Shown here in pieces: positions 51,682-61,396 of a stretch of DNA of 64,000 bases (position 1 is its first letter; every line of letters starts with the position of its first letter). This DNA comes from Obrimoposthia wandeli (taxonomy: Eukaryota): contig CDROCS010000506.1 of the NCBI GenBank assembly GCA_977020255.1, positions 930,001 through 994,000 of the forward strand, in the 5' to 3' direction. The notes below the pieces were generated by a model. It did not search any database. It was not told the origin of the DNA and saw only the letters and a list, made by a program, of their open reading frames with translations. Position numbers and translations under genes: made by a program.

Positions 51682-53028
51682 TTAAAACAGGAAATGTGAA
51701 CCTTGCCCATCTTTGAGTAGATCCGCTAACAATACAATACCTTGCTGAAAGCGTTGTTCGTCATTTATCGCCATTAACGATAAACGAATATGATTACTTT
51801 TATCACTCTGTTGCGAGAAATAACCGCCACTACTCACCAGCAGTTGCTGGTTTTTTGCTTCCATTACAAAATGCTCTTGTCGCCAGTGTTCAGGCAGTTG
51901 GATCCAGACATGATAACTTGTCGGTTGACTACTACTGACTAAAAAACCAAATTGCTTAGCCACGAACGTTTGACGCTGCTTGGCCAGTTGTTGCTGCTGG
52001 GTCGCCATCGAAAATGCAACGCCAGAATTAATCAGCTGCGCAGCCACTGCAAAGTTAAGCGGTGACGCTAGCCAAATAGACGTGCGAATACATGCCCCGA
52101 TCCTGCGGACTTCACTTTTTGGCGCTTTAATAAAGGCACAGCGTAACGCCGGACTGATCGCTTTCGACAAACTGCTAATGTGAAAACTCTTTTCCGGAAT
52201 ATAGTTACTAATAGCTGGAATAACGGTTTCATTTAAGAAGCCATAAATATCATCTTCTAATAACCAAATATCACCGGTTCGAATCACCTTCGCAATCGCT
52301 TCTCTACGCGCTTTCGGCATCGTCACGCCCGTCGGGTTTTGATGTGACGGTACGATGACAACTACTTTTGGCTTGTCGCTAAGAATAGTCTGTTTCAACG
52401 CAATCGGGCACATGCCTTTATCGTCCATCGACACTTCGACAATACGACGACCCAATAAATTAGCGATAGAGAGAATACCAGGGTAAGTAAATGCTTCGAC
52501 GGCAATACAATCACCCGGTTTGGTATACGTCTGGATAAGAATTTCCAGTGCATTTTGCGCGCCACTGGCCAGTAGTATTTGTTCAGGATCAGATACTGAC
52601 AAACCAAATTCAGCAGCCCATTTCATTCCCGCTTGTCGGTGGGATAAATGCCCCGAATGTTCAATGTAACCTAGCAGTTCACTCGGTAATGCCGCATAGG
52701 TTTGTTGAAATGCCGCCTGCAGTGGCAACACGTTATATTCTAAACACGGCTGTAGAATCGAAAAGTTATAATCCGCATCATCCTCTGGTGCTTGAATAAC
52801 CGTTTCTAATTCTGAATCACCACAGACAAACGTGCCACGACCAACAAAGGATTCCACTTTGTTTTTATCTGCCAATAATTTGTAGGCTTTAGACACTGTT
52901 GTTGGCGTCGTTTCAAGCTCATCAGCGAGCACTCGATGCGGCGGTAATTTAGTATTAGCGGGATACACACCGGTATTAATTCTAGCTTCAATGGTTTCGG
53001 CGATCTGTCGAAACTTTATATCACTCAT
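51682..53028 (-). CDS. MocR/GabR-family regulator (GntR HTH + PLP aminotransferase domain)
   Basis: KLPPHRVLA..L.TTP.TV..AY, GRGTFV, HQNPTG, EDDIY, SLSKAISPALR. Confidence 0.93.
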   Translation of the reverse strand: MSDIKFRQIAETIEARINTGVYPANTKLPPHRVLADELETTPTTVSKAYKLLADKNKVESFVGRGTFVCGDSELETVIQAPEDDADYNFSILQPCLEYNVLPLQAAFQQTYAALPSELLGYIEHSGHLSHRQAGMKWAAEFGLSVSDPEQILLASGAQNALEILIQTYTKPGDCIAVEAFTYPGILSIANLLGRRIVEVSMDDKGMCPIALKQTILSDKPKVVVIVPSHQNPTGVTMPKARREAIAKVIRTGDIWLLEDDIYGFLNETVIPAISNYIPEKSFHISSLSKAISPALRCAFIKAPKSEVRRIGACIRTSIWLASPLNFAVAAQLINSGVAFSMATQQQQLAKQRQTFVAKQFGFLVSSSQPTSYHVWIQLPEHWRQEHFVMEAKNQQLLVSSGGYFSQQSDKSNHIRLSLMAINDEQRFQQGIVLLADLLKDGQGSHFLF

Positions 53029-53188
53029 TAACTTGCCTCTAATGAACACTGCAAAACATAATCTGATTCCCCTTAGTTTACCTTGCTGAAATAAAACATA
53101 CAGTGCTAGATCCATTACTCCTCTCATTTATCTATTCATAAAAGCATTGTTTCATAAAAGCAGAGTTGTTAATTAATTGTATGAATGT

Positions 53189-53238
53189 AATTGACATACC
53201 ACACCATAATGCAATACCGTACAAATTGACATATGTCA
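53189..53238. promoter_or_regulatory. Candidate MocR operator array
   Basis: AATTGACATA direct repeat (53189, 53224) and palindrome TGACATATGTCA (53227-53238). Confidence 0.45.
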
Positions 53239-53324
53239 TTGTGATTTTCACATTTAAGATCCAGTTAGGATCAGTGAAGATCAACGCGAGTGGCTAAATT
53301 ATTTATACCGATGGGAGAATAACA

Positions 53325-54101
53325 ATGGAAATTTTTGGTTCAGATATTACGCTATGGATACTACTGGCATTAATGGCATCGGCTTTTGCAGCGGGCTTTA
53401 TTGACAGTGTTGCAGGCGGCGGAGGATTGATATTAGTGCCTTCATTCATCTTAGCAGGCCTGCCGCCACAAGTTGCCTTAGGTCAAGAAAAGATAGTCAG
53501 CACACTGGGTACCATTGCCGCAATCCGAAACTTCGTCAAAAACAAGAAGGTCATCTGGAATGCAGTGGCATCAGGGATCCCCGCGGGATTAGTGGGTGCT
53601 TACTTGGGCGCGGAAGCGATCCTCTACTTTGATCCTGATACGGTAGGTAAAATAATCCTAGGCATGTTACCTATCGGCATCATCGTCTCTTTTATTCCCA
53701 AGCAAGATCATCACCAGAGCGAACAAGTAATTAATACCAAGGTTATCTATTTTGGCGTGCCACTGTCAGTATTTATAATTGGTTTTTATGATGGTTTCTT
53801 TGGACCTGGTACGGGCAGTTTCTTGATCTTAGTTTTACACTACCTGTTAAGATTTGACTTAGTATCAGCCTCTGCGACTTCCAAGTTATTCAATTTTTCA
53901 TCAAATATCGGGGCTCTGATTGCGTTTATGTTAGCCGGTAAATTGCTTTATATGCTAGCGCTACCATTAGTGGTTATGAACCTAATCGGTAACCATTTAG
54001 GCAGTGCATCAGCAATGAAATTTGGCCCTGATTTTGTACGTAAAACATTATCCGTCTCGCTCATGTTATTGATGGCCTCGTTAGGTTATAAGTTTCTATA
54101 A
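53325..54101 (+). CDS. TSUP (TauE/SafE/YfcA) family transporter
   Basis: AGFIDSVAGGGGLI, GFYDGFFGPGTGSF, K..NFSSN. Confidence 0.92.
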   Translation: MEIFGSDITLWILLALMASAFAAGFIDSVAGGGGLILVPSFILAGLPPQVALGQEKIVSTLGTIAAIRNFVKNKKVIWNAVASGIPAGLVGAYLGAEAILYFDPDTVGKIILGMLPIGIIVSFIPKQDHHQSEQVINTKVIYFGVPLSVFIIGFYDGFFGPGTGSFLILVLHYLLRFDLVSASATSKLFNFSSNIGALIAFMLAGKLLYMLALPLVVMNLIGNHLGSASAMKFGPDFVRKTLSVSLMLLMASLGYKFL

Positions 54102-54193
54102 AATAAAAGTTTAATGAAGAGCGGTGATATAGGCGCTGCGATTGGTATTGTGGTCGCAGTCACCCTCTTGTTATTGACGTAATAAATGATTAC

Positions 54194-54913
54194 CTAGCAA
54201 TCATGATAGTCTTGTACTAGTTTATCCAAAAAGCTACCAAGCAATTGATTCATACGAGTGGTTGTATGCTTAAGAATAAACTCTGGTTCTTGGACATACT
54301 GACCTCTTAAGTCTGTATTAAAGGCCTTTTGATCGTGCTCAATCAAAGGTATTAATTGCTCTCCCATAAATTCAAGATGACACTGAAGACCATAAACGAG
54401 TGATGAATACCGTACAATTTGCCTTGGGCACCCCTGACTAACAGCCAAAATAGTGCTATCACTTGTGAGGCCGGGCATATCATTATGCCAATGACCTACA
54501 ATTTCTTTATATTCAAATTCAGCTAATTTTGCATCTATATTTCCATGCTCTGTAAGCACAATCGGAAAGTAGCCAATTTCTTGATATGGGCTGCTTTGGT
54601 ATTTTGCTCCTAAGGCTTCTCCAATTAATTGCGCTCCCAAGCAGACACCAACGACTGCTTTATTATTCAATATTGCTTGTTTAATAAATGCCTGCTCGCT
54701 AAGGCTATCAAAGTACGGACACATATCTAGATCTGTGCTTGGGTTTTGAGGCCCGCCCAATACGACTAACAGGTCGAACGCATTATCGTTAAAAGGTAAT
54801 TCTTCATGCAAATAAACTCTAGTGAAACTGACCTTATAATTATGTTGGTGCGCCCAAACTGAAAAATATCCAGGCCCTTCGTAACATTCATGTTCAATAA
54901 AATGGATTCTCAT
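54194..54913 (-). CDS. Class I glutamine amidotransferase-like protein
   Basis: VLGGPQ, GVCLGAQL, EIG..P, WHND, LQCHLE. Confidence 0.9.
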   Translation of the reverse strand: MRIHFIEHECYEGPGYFSVWAHQHNYKVSFTRVYLHEELPFNDNAFDLLVVLGGPQNPSTDLDMCPYFDSLSEQAFIKQAILNNKAVVGVCLGAQLIGEALGAKYQSSPYQEIGYFPIVLTEHGNIDAKLAEFEYKEIVGHWHNDMPGLTSDSTILAVSQGCPRQIVRYSSLVYGLQCHLEFMGEQLIPLIEHDQKAFNTDLRGQYVQEPEFILKHTTTRMNQLLGSFLDKLVQDYHDC

Positions 54914-54998
54914 ATTCCTTCCTGTAATGATATTTGACTATTAGCTTTATGTTACACTTACCCAAAGCGACTGAATAAGGCCATTAGGACCAATAACA

Positions 54999-55862
54999 AT
55001 GCCAACCAGCCAATATTTATCAGCTAATACATTAATAGAACAAAACAAACGAGCACCAGTATTAGTAAAAACGATTGAGATGCATAAAGGCTTTATTGAT
55101 AAGTACCATCATCACGACTGGCATCAGTTAATATTTCCAATCCAAGGATTGATACAAACTGAAGCAAACGATTGCCAATTCTTAATTCCTCACAACACTG
55201 CGATCTTTATTCCTGCAGGTATCATTCATGAATCAATAGCAATAACGGCAACCACGTTTATTGGCCTATACATTAACCCTCAATATGGACGATATGATGA
55301 TCTAAATGATGGAAAGAGGCTCAAACAAGTTTCAATGACATCTTTCCTCAAAGAGTTAATTTTGATGATTGAACAACAATATCAAACTGAATCACAATTT
55401 TCACATGACAAGACATCACGCTTACTTGAGGTTTTATACGATCAAATTAATACCAGTGAATCTTTCAAATTCAAACAGCTGATCCCAAAAGAACGAAGAA
55501 TTAAGATAATCTTTGAGCGGTTAACTACACAGCCAGATATCGATTTAACACTATCGCAATGGGGAGATATTGTCGGTGCATCTGAACGAACCTTATCCCG
55601 AATATTTGCTAAAGAATTCAATACTTCATTTGCCTTATGGAGACAACATTTACGCCTGATGTATTCACTGTCTTTACTAGAATCAGAATTTTCAATACAA
55701 AACGTGGCGCATCAGATCGGCTATCAAAATGATTCATCGTATATAAAATCCTTTAAAAAATGCTTTGGAGTTACGCCACAACAGTTCAGGTTAAAGGAAC
55801 ATAGAGTGTATGGCATGGCACAGAAGCTATCTGTACCCAACACCGGATCCAACTCTCTATGA
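54999..55862 (+). CDS. AraC-family regulator (cupin + HTH)
   Basis: HHHDWHQL cupin, GASERTLSRIF, WRQ..RL..SL, GY.NDSS.I..FKK.FG.TP. Confidence 0.92.
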   Translation: MPTSQYLSANTLIEQNKRAPVLVKTIEMHKGFIDKYHHHDWHQLIFPIQGLIQTEANDCQFLIPHNTAIFIPAGIIHESIAITATTFIGLYINPQYGRYDDLNDGKRLKQVSMTSFLKELILMIEQQYQTESQFSHDKTSRLLEVLYDQINTSESFKFKQLIPKERRIKIIFERLTTQPDIDLTLSQWGDIVGASERTLSRIFAKEFNTSFALWRQHLRLMYSLSLLESEFSIQNVAHQIGYQNDSSYIKSFKKCFGVTPQQFRLKEHRVYGMAQKLSVPNTGSNSL

Positions 55863-55983
55863 TATACTTTGCGCCCACAGCACTATAACGGTCTCAGCTT
55901 GCATGCCACACACTGCCCTATTCTTTCGTCAGCAATTAACCTTTAGCTCGCATAACGACTTGCTAATCAATACTGATGCGCCA

Positions 55984-56826
55984 ATGGACGTTTACTTATT
56001 TAACAGTAACAACATTGCTAGTGAACAGATCTCGGCACTGGCGGCGCAGTATTTACAGCCACAAGAACAGGCCATATTAGCCAAGCGTAAACAGCTGCAA
56101 GCAAAGCAAGAATACCTCGCGAGTCGTTTTATTATTAAAACTTATGCTAGCCAATACTTCGGCTATGATTTTGACTCACTGACTGTGCTATTCGATGATA
56201 AAGATACTTGCTTAAAGGTCTATCAGCATGGCCAAGCTATCGCGCTACACAGCTGTATATCGCACTCGCACGGCCAAGTACTCGTCGCCCTCCTTGTGCC
56301 AAGCCAACAGTCAGCCGAATTACAATCAATACAATTGGGTGTTGATTTAGAATGGCTATCGACCAAACGTTCTCTTGAAAAAGTGGCAAAGCATTATTAT
56401 CACAGTGAAGAATTACGCGCCTGTATGGCGCAAACTGAATATGTGGCTGAAGGCGTTACTGAAGACATTACTGAGGACGTTACTGAAAAGAAGAGCAAAG
56501 CAATGCATGCTAAGGCACTATATCGCATATGGACGTTAAAAGAGGCGTTAGCAAAAGCCATCAAAAAACCGATAGCGACATTGCTACGTGATAATGTGTT
56601 TGAGCATTGCCAATCGTTGAATGTACGTTCTGGTCGTTATGAAGCACTAGATAAAGAGCTAGATGAAGTACAGAGTGAAATAAAGAATGAAATAAAGAGT
56701 GGAGTGGCGAGTAAGACGTTTGATATAAGCATCATCAGTGATATTGAACTCACTGATAATACTCATATTCAGATACTAACCAATACGCTAGTCGATACGT
56801 TAATAGATACAGTAATAGTGCCGTAG
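55984..56826 (+). CDS. Sfp-type 4'-phosphopantetheinyl transferase, PfaE-like
   Basis: SHSHG, LGVDLE, IWTLKEALAKA; about 280 aa from ATG 55984 (start uncertain). Confidence 0.82.
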   Translation: MDVYLFNSNNIASEQISALAAQYLQPQEQAILAKRKQLQAKQEYLASRFIIKTYASQYFGYDFDSLTVLFDDKDTCLKVYQHGQAIALHSCISHSHGQVLVALLVPSQQSAELQSIQLGVDLEWLSTKRSLEKVAKHYYHSEELRACMAQTEYVAEGVTEDITEDVTEKKSKAMHAKALYRIWTLKEALAKAIKKPIATLLRDNVFEHCQSLNVRSGRYEALDKELDEVQSEIKNEIKSGVASKTFDISIISDIELTDNTHIQILTNTLVDTLIDTVIVP

Positions 56827-56839
56827 TTAATTGCTCAAA

Positions 56840-57481
56840 TCAGGATTTACGCAGCGTTAAATAAATAAAATACAAACTTGCAACAAACCACAGACCGCCC
56901 CACATAAAGGTCGCGCCGCCCATTTCATTGGCTAACATACGGGCATCAGATAATGACCCACTATGCACGATAGTATCTTGCCAAATATCGATAGGCACAT
57001 AAATCATGCTGGCGCTGGCAAACACTAATAACACCGTTTGTTTGATTGCCGCATTGGCATACTTTAACAATGCCATGATCGCCAACGCTATCACTGCCGC
57101 AAATCCAATGGTATATAAAGTGCCACCAAAGAACACAGCAACTAATAACATCGTAATAGCCAGTAACGCTAAACTAATATCGGTAGTCTTGCGGCGACTG
57201 CTTGCCGCATAAAATAACAAGCCAAACAGTAATGAACCTAAATAACCGGCACTCAAAATAATAAACCGCGAGCCGCCCATAGAGCGTACGTGGCCACTTT
57301 GATAAGCCGATACCACAAACTCCACCACTTTACCGCCTGTCAGCCAAGTCGCTAACGCATGACTCAGTTCATGCAAGAACACCACTAAGATTTTAAGTGG
57401 TGCAATAAGCGCACTTTGCCACATAAAAGCGAGAACCGTGAATACCAGTATAAATAGAATTCGTCTATCTCTCGCGATCAT
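56840..57481 (-). CDS. M50-family membrane metallopeptidase
   Basis: FLHELSHAL, ILSAGYLG, SDA..LA. Confidence 0.85.
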   Translation of the reverse strand: MIARDRRILFILVFTVLAFMWQSALIAPLKILVVFLHELSHALATWLTGGKVVEFVVSAYQSGHVRSMGGSRFIILSAGYLGSLLFGLLFYAASSRRKTTDISLALLAITMLLVAVFFGGTLYTIGFAAVIALAIMALLKYANAAIKQTVLLVFASASMIYVPIDIWQDTIVHSGSLSDARMLANEMGGATFMWGGLWFVASLYFIYLTLRKS

Positions 57482-57483
57482 AA

Positions 57484-58125
57484 TTAATTACTCGGGTAAC
57501 AAATACCACTGCCGCCTAAGCCGCAATAGCCTTGTGGATTTTTAGCTAAGTATTGCTGATGATCTGCTTCAGCATAATAAAATGGTGCCGCCATATCAAT
57601 TTCAGTAGTGATCGTTTCCGTACTACCGCTATCGAGCAATGCTTGTTGATAATGCGCAGCAGATGCTTTCGCTTCAGACAATTGCTGTTGCGAAGTACAG
57701 TACAGCGCAGAACGATATTGCGTGCCCTGATCATTACCTTGGCGCATGCCTTGGGTTGCTTGATGATTTTCCCAAAACAAGATCAATAATTCTGCGTAAC
57801 TAATCACTTCAGGATCAAAAACGACTAATACAGCTTCCGTGTGTCCAGTTTGACCTGTGCATACTTGCTGATAACGCGGGTGTACAGTGTAACCACCTTG
57901 ATAACCAACAGCTGTTGTGACAACACCGGGAATCGACCAGAATAATCGTTCAGCGCCCCAAAAACAGCCCATTGCGAAATAACATACGTGATATTGGGCA
58001 ATAAACGGGGGGACCATTTTAGTGCCAGCAACATAATGAAACGCATCAACGGGGATTGCCGTCGGATTGTCAGCCAGTGCATCAGACTTACTAACCATGG
58101 CGAGTTTATTTTTTGCAAAAAACAT
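57484..58125 (-). CDS. msrA: Peptide-methionine (S)-S-oxide reductase
   Basis: GCFWGAE, QGNDQGTQYRS, YYAEADHQQYLAKNP.GYC. Confidence 0.98.
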   Translation of the reverse strand: MFFAKNKLAMVSKSDALADNPTAIPVDAFHYVAGTKMVPPFIAQYHVCYFAMGCFWGAERLFWSIPGVVTTAVGYQGGYTVHPRYQQVCTGQTGHTEAVLVVFDPEVISYAELLILFWENHQATQGMRQGNDQGTQYRSALYCTSQQQLSEAKASAAHYQQALLDSGSTETITTEIDMAAPFYYAEADHQQYLAKNPQGYCGLGGSGICYPSN

Positions 58126-58160
58126 AGTGAACTCCTGCGTTAATGAGTCAAAGACAGCAT

Positions 58161-58472
58161 TTACTTAAACATGCTATCGCCAACTTGGTCGATGAATAAC
58201 TTACACTTTTGTAACGTGATCTGTTCAGCTTGCTGTTTGCTCATGCAAACATCAGAACGAATAAATGCATGTTTTAAATTATCCGCGGTTTCGTCGTCTG
58301 CTACTGGTTTTTCAATTAAACCTGCCACACGGTATTGACCCGATTCTTCATTCGGCATCACAAAGATAAGGTAACCTTTGTAATCAACAGGTTCAACATT
58401 TGGTGTGTTGTCTACAAGTTTAGTATCCGAATCCGCAGAACCAGAAAAAAATCGTTTTAATAATCCGAACAT
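58161..58472 (-). CDS. HlyU (DUF-type, MFG...GQYRVAG) family protein
   Basis: VDYKGY.I...P..E.GQYRVAG.I.K, H.FIRSD, QVGDSMF. Confidence 0.75.
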   Translation of the reverse strand: MFGLLKRFFSGSADSDTKLVDNTPNVEPVDYKGYLIFVMPNEESGQYRVAGLIEKPVADDETADNLKHAFIRSDVCMSKQQAEQITLQKCKLFIDQVGDSMFK

Positions 58473-58669
58473 GAAATCACAACCAATTTATTGTTTAATA
58501 GTTAATCAGAGTATAATCAGCTAGCTAGAACAGAGCAATAGTCTTATATGGAATGAAACTAATTTAGCCTTATCTCATTTTCACCATAATATGATTTGAG
58601 TCGCAATATAATTATTATAGAAGTGTTACCTAAAGCGTACTATGAGTGGATTATTGGCCGTTAGAAACA

Positions 58670-58706
58670 ACAAAGGCTTGTTACTGCAACAGTAACAAGC
58701 CTTTGT
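58670..58706 (-). terminator. pssA terminator (16-bp perfect stem)
   Basis: ACAAAGGCTTGTTACT-GCAAC-AGTAACAAGCCTTTGT. Confidence 0.8.
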
Positions 58707-58730
58707 GAATAGCGTTTAACAGTCGCTATA

Positions 58731-60080
58731 TTACAAAATACGTTTTAACAACATATCCAAGCGCGTGGTTTTAATGCGGCGCATAAATTTCTGCACCGGT
58801 GCTGGATAGTCCGACATACTTTCTAAATCAGAAAGGTGTTTAATGCGACGGGTATTTTTCATCACATGTTCTTGCTCGGCTTGCAGCGTATCTTTTAATA
58901 ACTGCTTGGTATCATGAATCAACAGACCATTTTCGAGATCTAAACCCCAAGCGCGTGGGTTTAAGTTATTACCTGTTAATAGATGATACTTATAATCACA
59001 ACACAACCCCTTAAGGTGGAAGCTGTTGCCTTCGTCAGTCCATAAACGCACATTAAGCAAACCTTGATCGATATAAGGTTGGCATGTTTTTACAAACTTA
59101 TGTAAATACGTTTCATAGATATAAGGCAGTGCAGATATCACTTTAAACGGTTCTTCCGGTGGAATGAAAAAATCATTCGCGGTTTTATCACCGATAACCA
59201 AGGTTACTTTCACATTACGTTTTAACAGACGCTTAATATCTTTCGATATTGATAGCGGTAAATTAAAGTACGGCGTAAAAATAGTCACTTCGCTTTCTAC
59301 TGCGCGTAGCAAGTTCGTGATGGTTTGATTTAATTTATTACCATGGCGACCAAAACCCGAAATAGGCGTGATACCCACTTCATTACTTTCTGGTGTGGTA
59401 TTAATATAATGATACTGCGCGCTACGTAACGTGTGTTTGAAGTGACGAATATCTTGCTTCAAGGCTTTGCTTGTAGGAATAGACTCATCATCAAGTCGGG
59501 TAACTGCGTTTTGGCTTACAAAGTAATCTTCTAAATACGCGACCATAGAATCTGCTAATGCAGGGTTGTACAACACATGGTAACGGTCACAACGGTATTT
59601 TTCTGCTTGGTGCAGATAGATATCATTAATACTCGCGCCACTGTACAGCACGTTATCATCGAAAATGAAGCCTTTAAGGTGCAATACACCCAGTACTTCT
59701 TTACCTTTTACAGGCACACCTAGGATCGTCACTTTATCGCCTAGTCTTTTGCGCATGTCTTTATACAGGTCGGCATTACCGCCATGTTCTTTCTGGCCAA
59801 TAAGCCCACGTTGTGCTCGATGAAAGTCAACGAACACTTTAATCACTAAGCCAGGGTTGTTTACTCGCGCCTGGTACAGCGCATTAAGTACTTCTTTACC
59901 TGCATCATCATCTTGAAGATACAAAGCCGAAAGATAAATACGTTTCGAAGATGAAGCAATTAAATCTAATATTTTTGCTTTAAAATCACGCGCTGAAAAT
60001 AAAACATCAATATGCTCTGCCGGCATCGGCAGTTGCTTTAAGTTGGTAATCGTAGATTGATAAAACTCTAATGATTTCAT
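58731..60080 (-). CDS. pssA: CDP-diacylglycerol--serine O-phosphatidyltransferase (PLD type)
   Basis: LYLQDDDAG, VDFHRAQRGLIG, two HKD-type motifs HLKGFIFDD and HLKG..CD, NLNPRAWGLDLEN. Confidence 0.95.
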   Translation of the reverse strand: MKSLEFYQSTITNLKQLPMPAEHIDVLFSARDFKAKILDLIASSSKRIYLSALYLQDDDAGKEVLNALYQARVNNPGLVIKVFVDFHRAQRGLIGQKEHGGNADLYKDMRKRLGDKVTILGVPVKGKEVLGVLHLKGFIFDDNVLYSGASINDIYLHQAEKYRCDRYHVLYNPALADSMVAYLEDYFVSQNAVTRLDDESIPTSKALKQDIRHFKHTLRSAQYHYINTTPESNEVGITPISGFGRHGNKLNQTITNLLRAVESEVTIFTPYFNLPLSISKDIKRLLKRNVKVTLVIGDKTANDFFIPPEEPFKVISALPYIYETYLHKFVKTCQPYIDQGLLNVRLWTDEGNSFHLKGLCCDYKYHLLTGNNLNPRAWGLDLENGLLIHDTKQLLKDTLQAEQEHVMKNTRRIKHLSDLESMSDYPAPVQKFMRRIKTTRLDMLLKRIL

Positions 60081-60394
60081 ATGTTGTTTCAAGCTGATTT
60101 ATAAAAGTTAATCGATAATTATCACCGATCCCCATCATGATTGCTATTTATCTCTGCAATTATTAGAACTCAGTGCTGAAAAATTACATTTCTTAACAAA
60201 AGTTATACCGATAATGTTAAATTTGTCATCAATAGTTAATTCCTATTGATGATTATTAAATAAACAATTTCATTTTATTTCAGAAAAACATATCATGTAG
60301 GCATATAGAGTGAATTCACTCACTAGCAACTGGTACTTGATAATAGAGTACATATCGCGTGCTAAGCAATTTTTTTACCCGGAGTATTTATATT

Positions 60395-60658
60395 ATGTTT
60401 ACAGTTATCTTTGGTCGTCCTGGTTGCCCTTTCTGTGTACGTGCAAAACAAATTGCAGAAACATTAAAAGCTGACAATGAAGATTTTGATTACAACTACA
60501 TCGATATGCTTGCAGAAGGTATCAGCAAAGCTGACCTAGAAAAATCAGCTGGCGTTCCTGTTAATACAGTGCCACAAATCTTTGTTGACGAAAAACACGT
60601 TGGCGGTTGTACTGAATTTGAACAGTTCGCTAAAGCAAACTTGGGTCTATACGCATAA
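60395..60658 (+). CDS. grxA: Glutaredoxin 1
   Basis: MFTVIFGRPGCPFCVRAK, TVPQIFVD..HVGGCTEF; GGAG RBS. Confidence 0.96.
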   Translation: MFTVIFGRPGCPFCVRAKQIAETLKADNEDFDYNYIDMLAEGISKADLEKSAGVPVNTVPQIFVDEKHVGGCTEFEQFAKANLGLYA

Positions 60659-60667
60659 GGCTCAGCC

Positions 60668-61321
60668 ATGTCGTTATTAAATAAGATCCGTTGTGCATTT
60701 ACTTTAGGGCAAGGCGTATTAGTCGACTTGCCCGACCTTGATCCAAGTGTTGATCCATTTGAGCAGTTCCAAAACTGGTTCAAAGCGGCGCAAGACTGCG
60801 GGATCGTCTTACCTGAATCCATGACAGTATCAACTGTTGATGCGAATGGATTTCCGTCATGCCGAGTGGTGTTACTGAAAGAGTTAACTAAAGAAGGCTT
60901 TGTTTTCTTTACTAATTACGAAAGTCGAAAAGGCCAAGAGCTGGCTCAAAACCCACATATAGCAATCACATTCCACTGGAATATTTTACAGCGTCAGGTA
61001 CGTATTCAAGGTGTGGTCGAAAAGATCTCAGCTGAAGACTCTAACGCTTACTTCCAATCTCGTGGACGTGGTAGCCGAATCGGCGCGTGGGCATCAAGAC
61101 AAAGTACAGTGATCTCTTCTCGCAAAATTCTCGAGCAACAAGTTAAAGATGTGACGAGTAAATTTGCGGATAAAGAAGTGCCGTTACCTGAATTTTGGGG
61201 TGGTTACCTAGTAAAACCAAGTAGCATTGAATTCTGGCAAGGTAAAGCCGATCGTCTACATGATCGCTTTAGTTATGTGAAAGATGGCAATGATTGGCGT
61301 GTTGATCGCCTAGCCCCTTAA
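60668..61321 (+). CDS. pdxH: Pyridoxamine 5'-phosphate oxidase
   Basis: CRVVLLK, FFTNYESRKG, RQVRIQG, EFWQG...RLHDR, RLAP. Confidence 0.96.
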   Translation: MSLLNKIRCAFTLGQGVLVDLPDLDPSVDPFEQFQNWFKAAQDCGIVLPESMTVSTVDANGFPSCRVVLLKELTKEGFVFFTNYESRKGQELAQNPHIAITFHWNILQRQVRIQGVVEKISAEDSNAYFQSRGRGSRIGAWASRQSTVISSRKILEQQVKDVTSKFADKEVPLPEFWGGYLVKPSSIEFWQGKADRLHDRFSYVKDGNDWRVDRLAP

Positions 61322-61396
61322 TCTAGCTAAAAACGTAATGCCAATGAAAAGTATAAGCAGATAACTCCCGTTACCTGCTTTATTTTTATCTACAAT

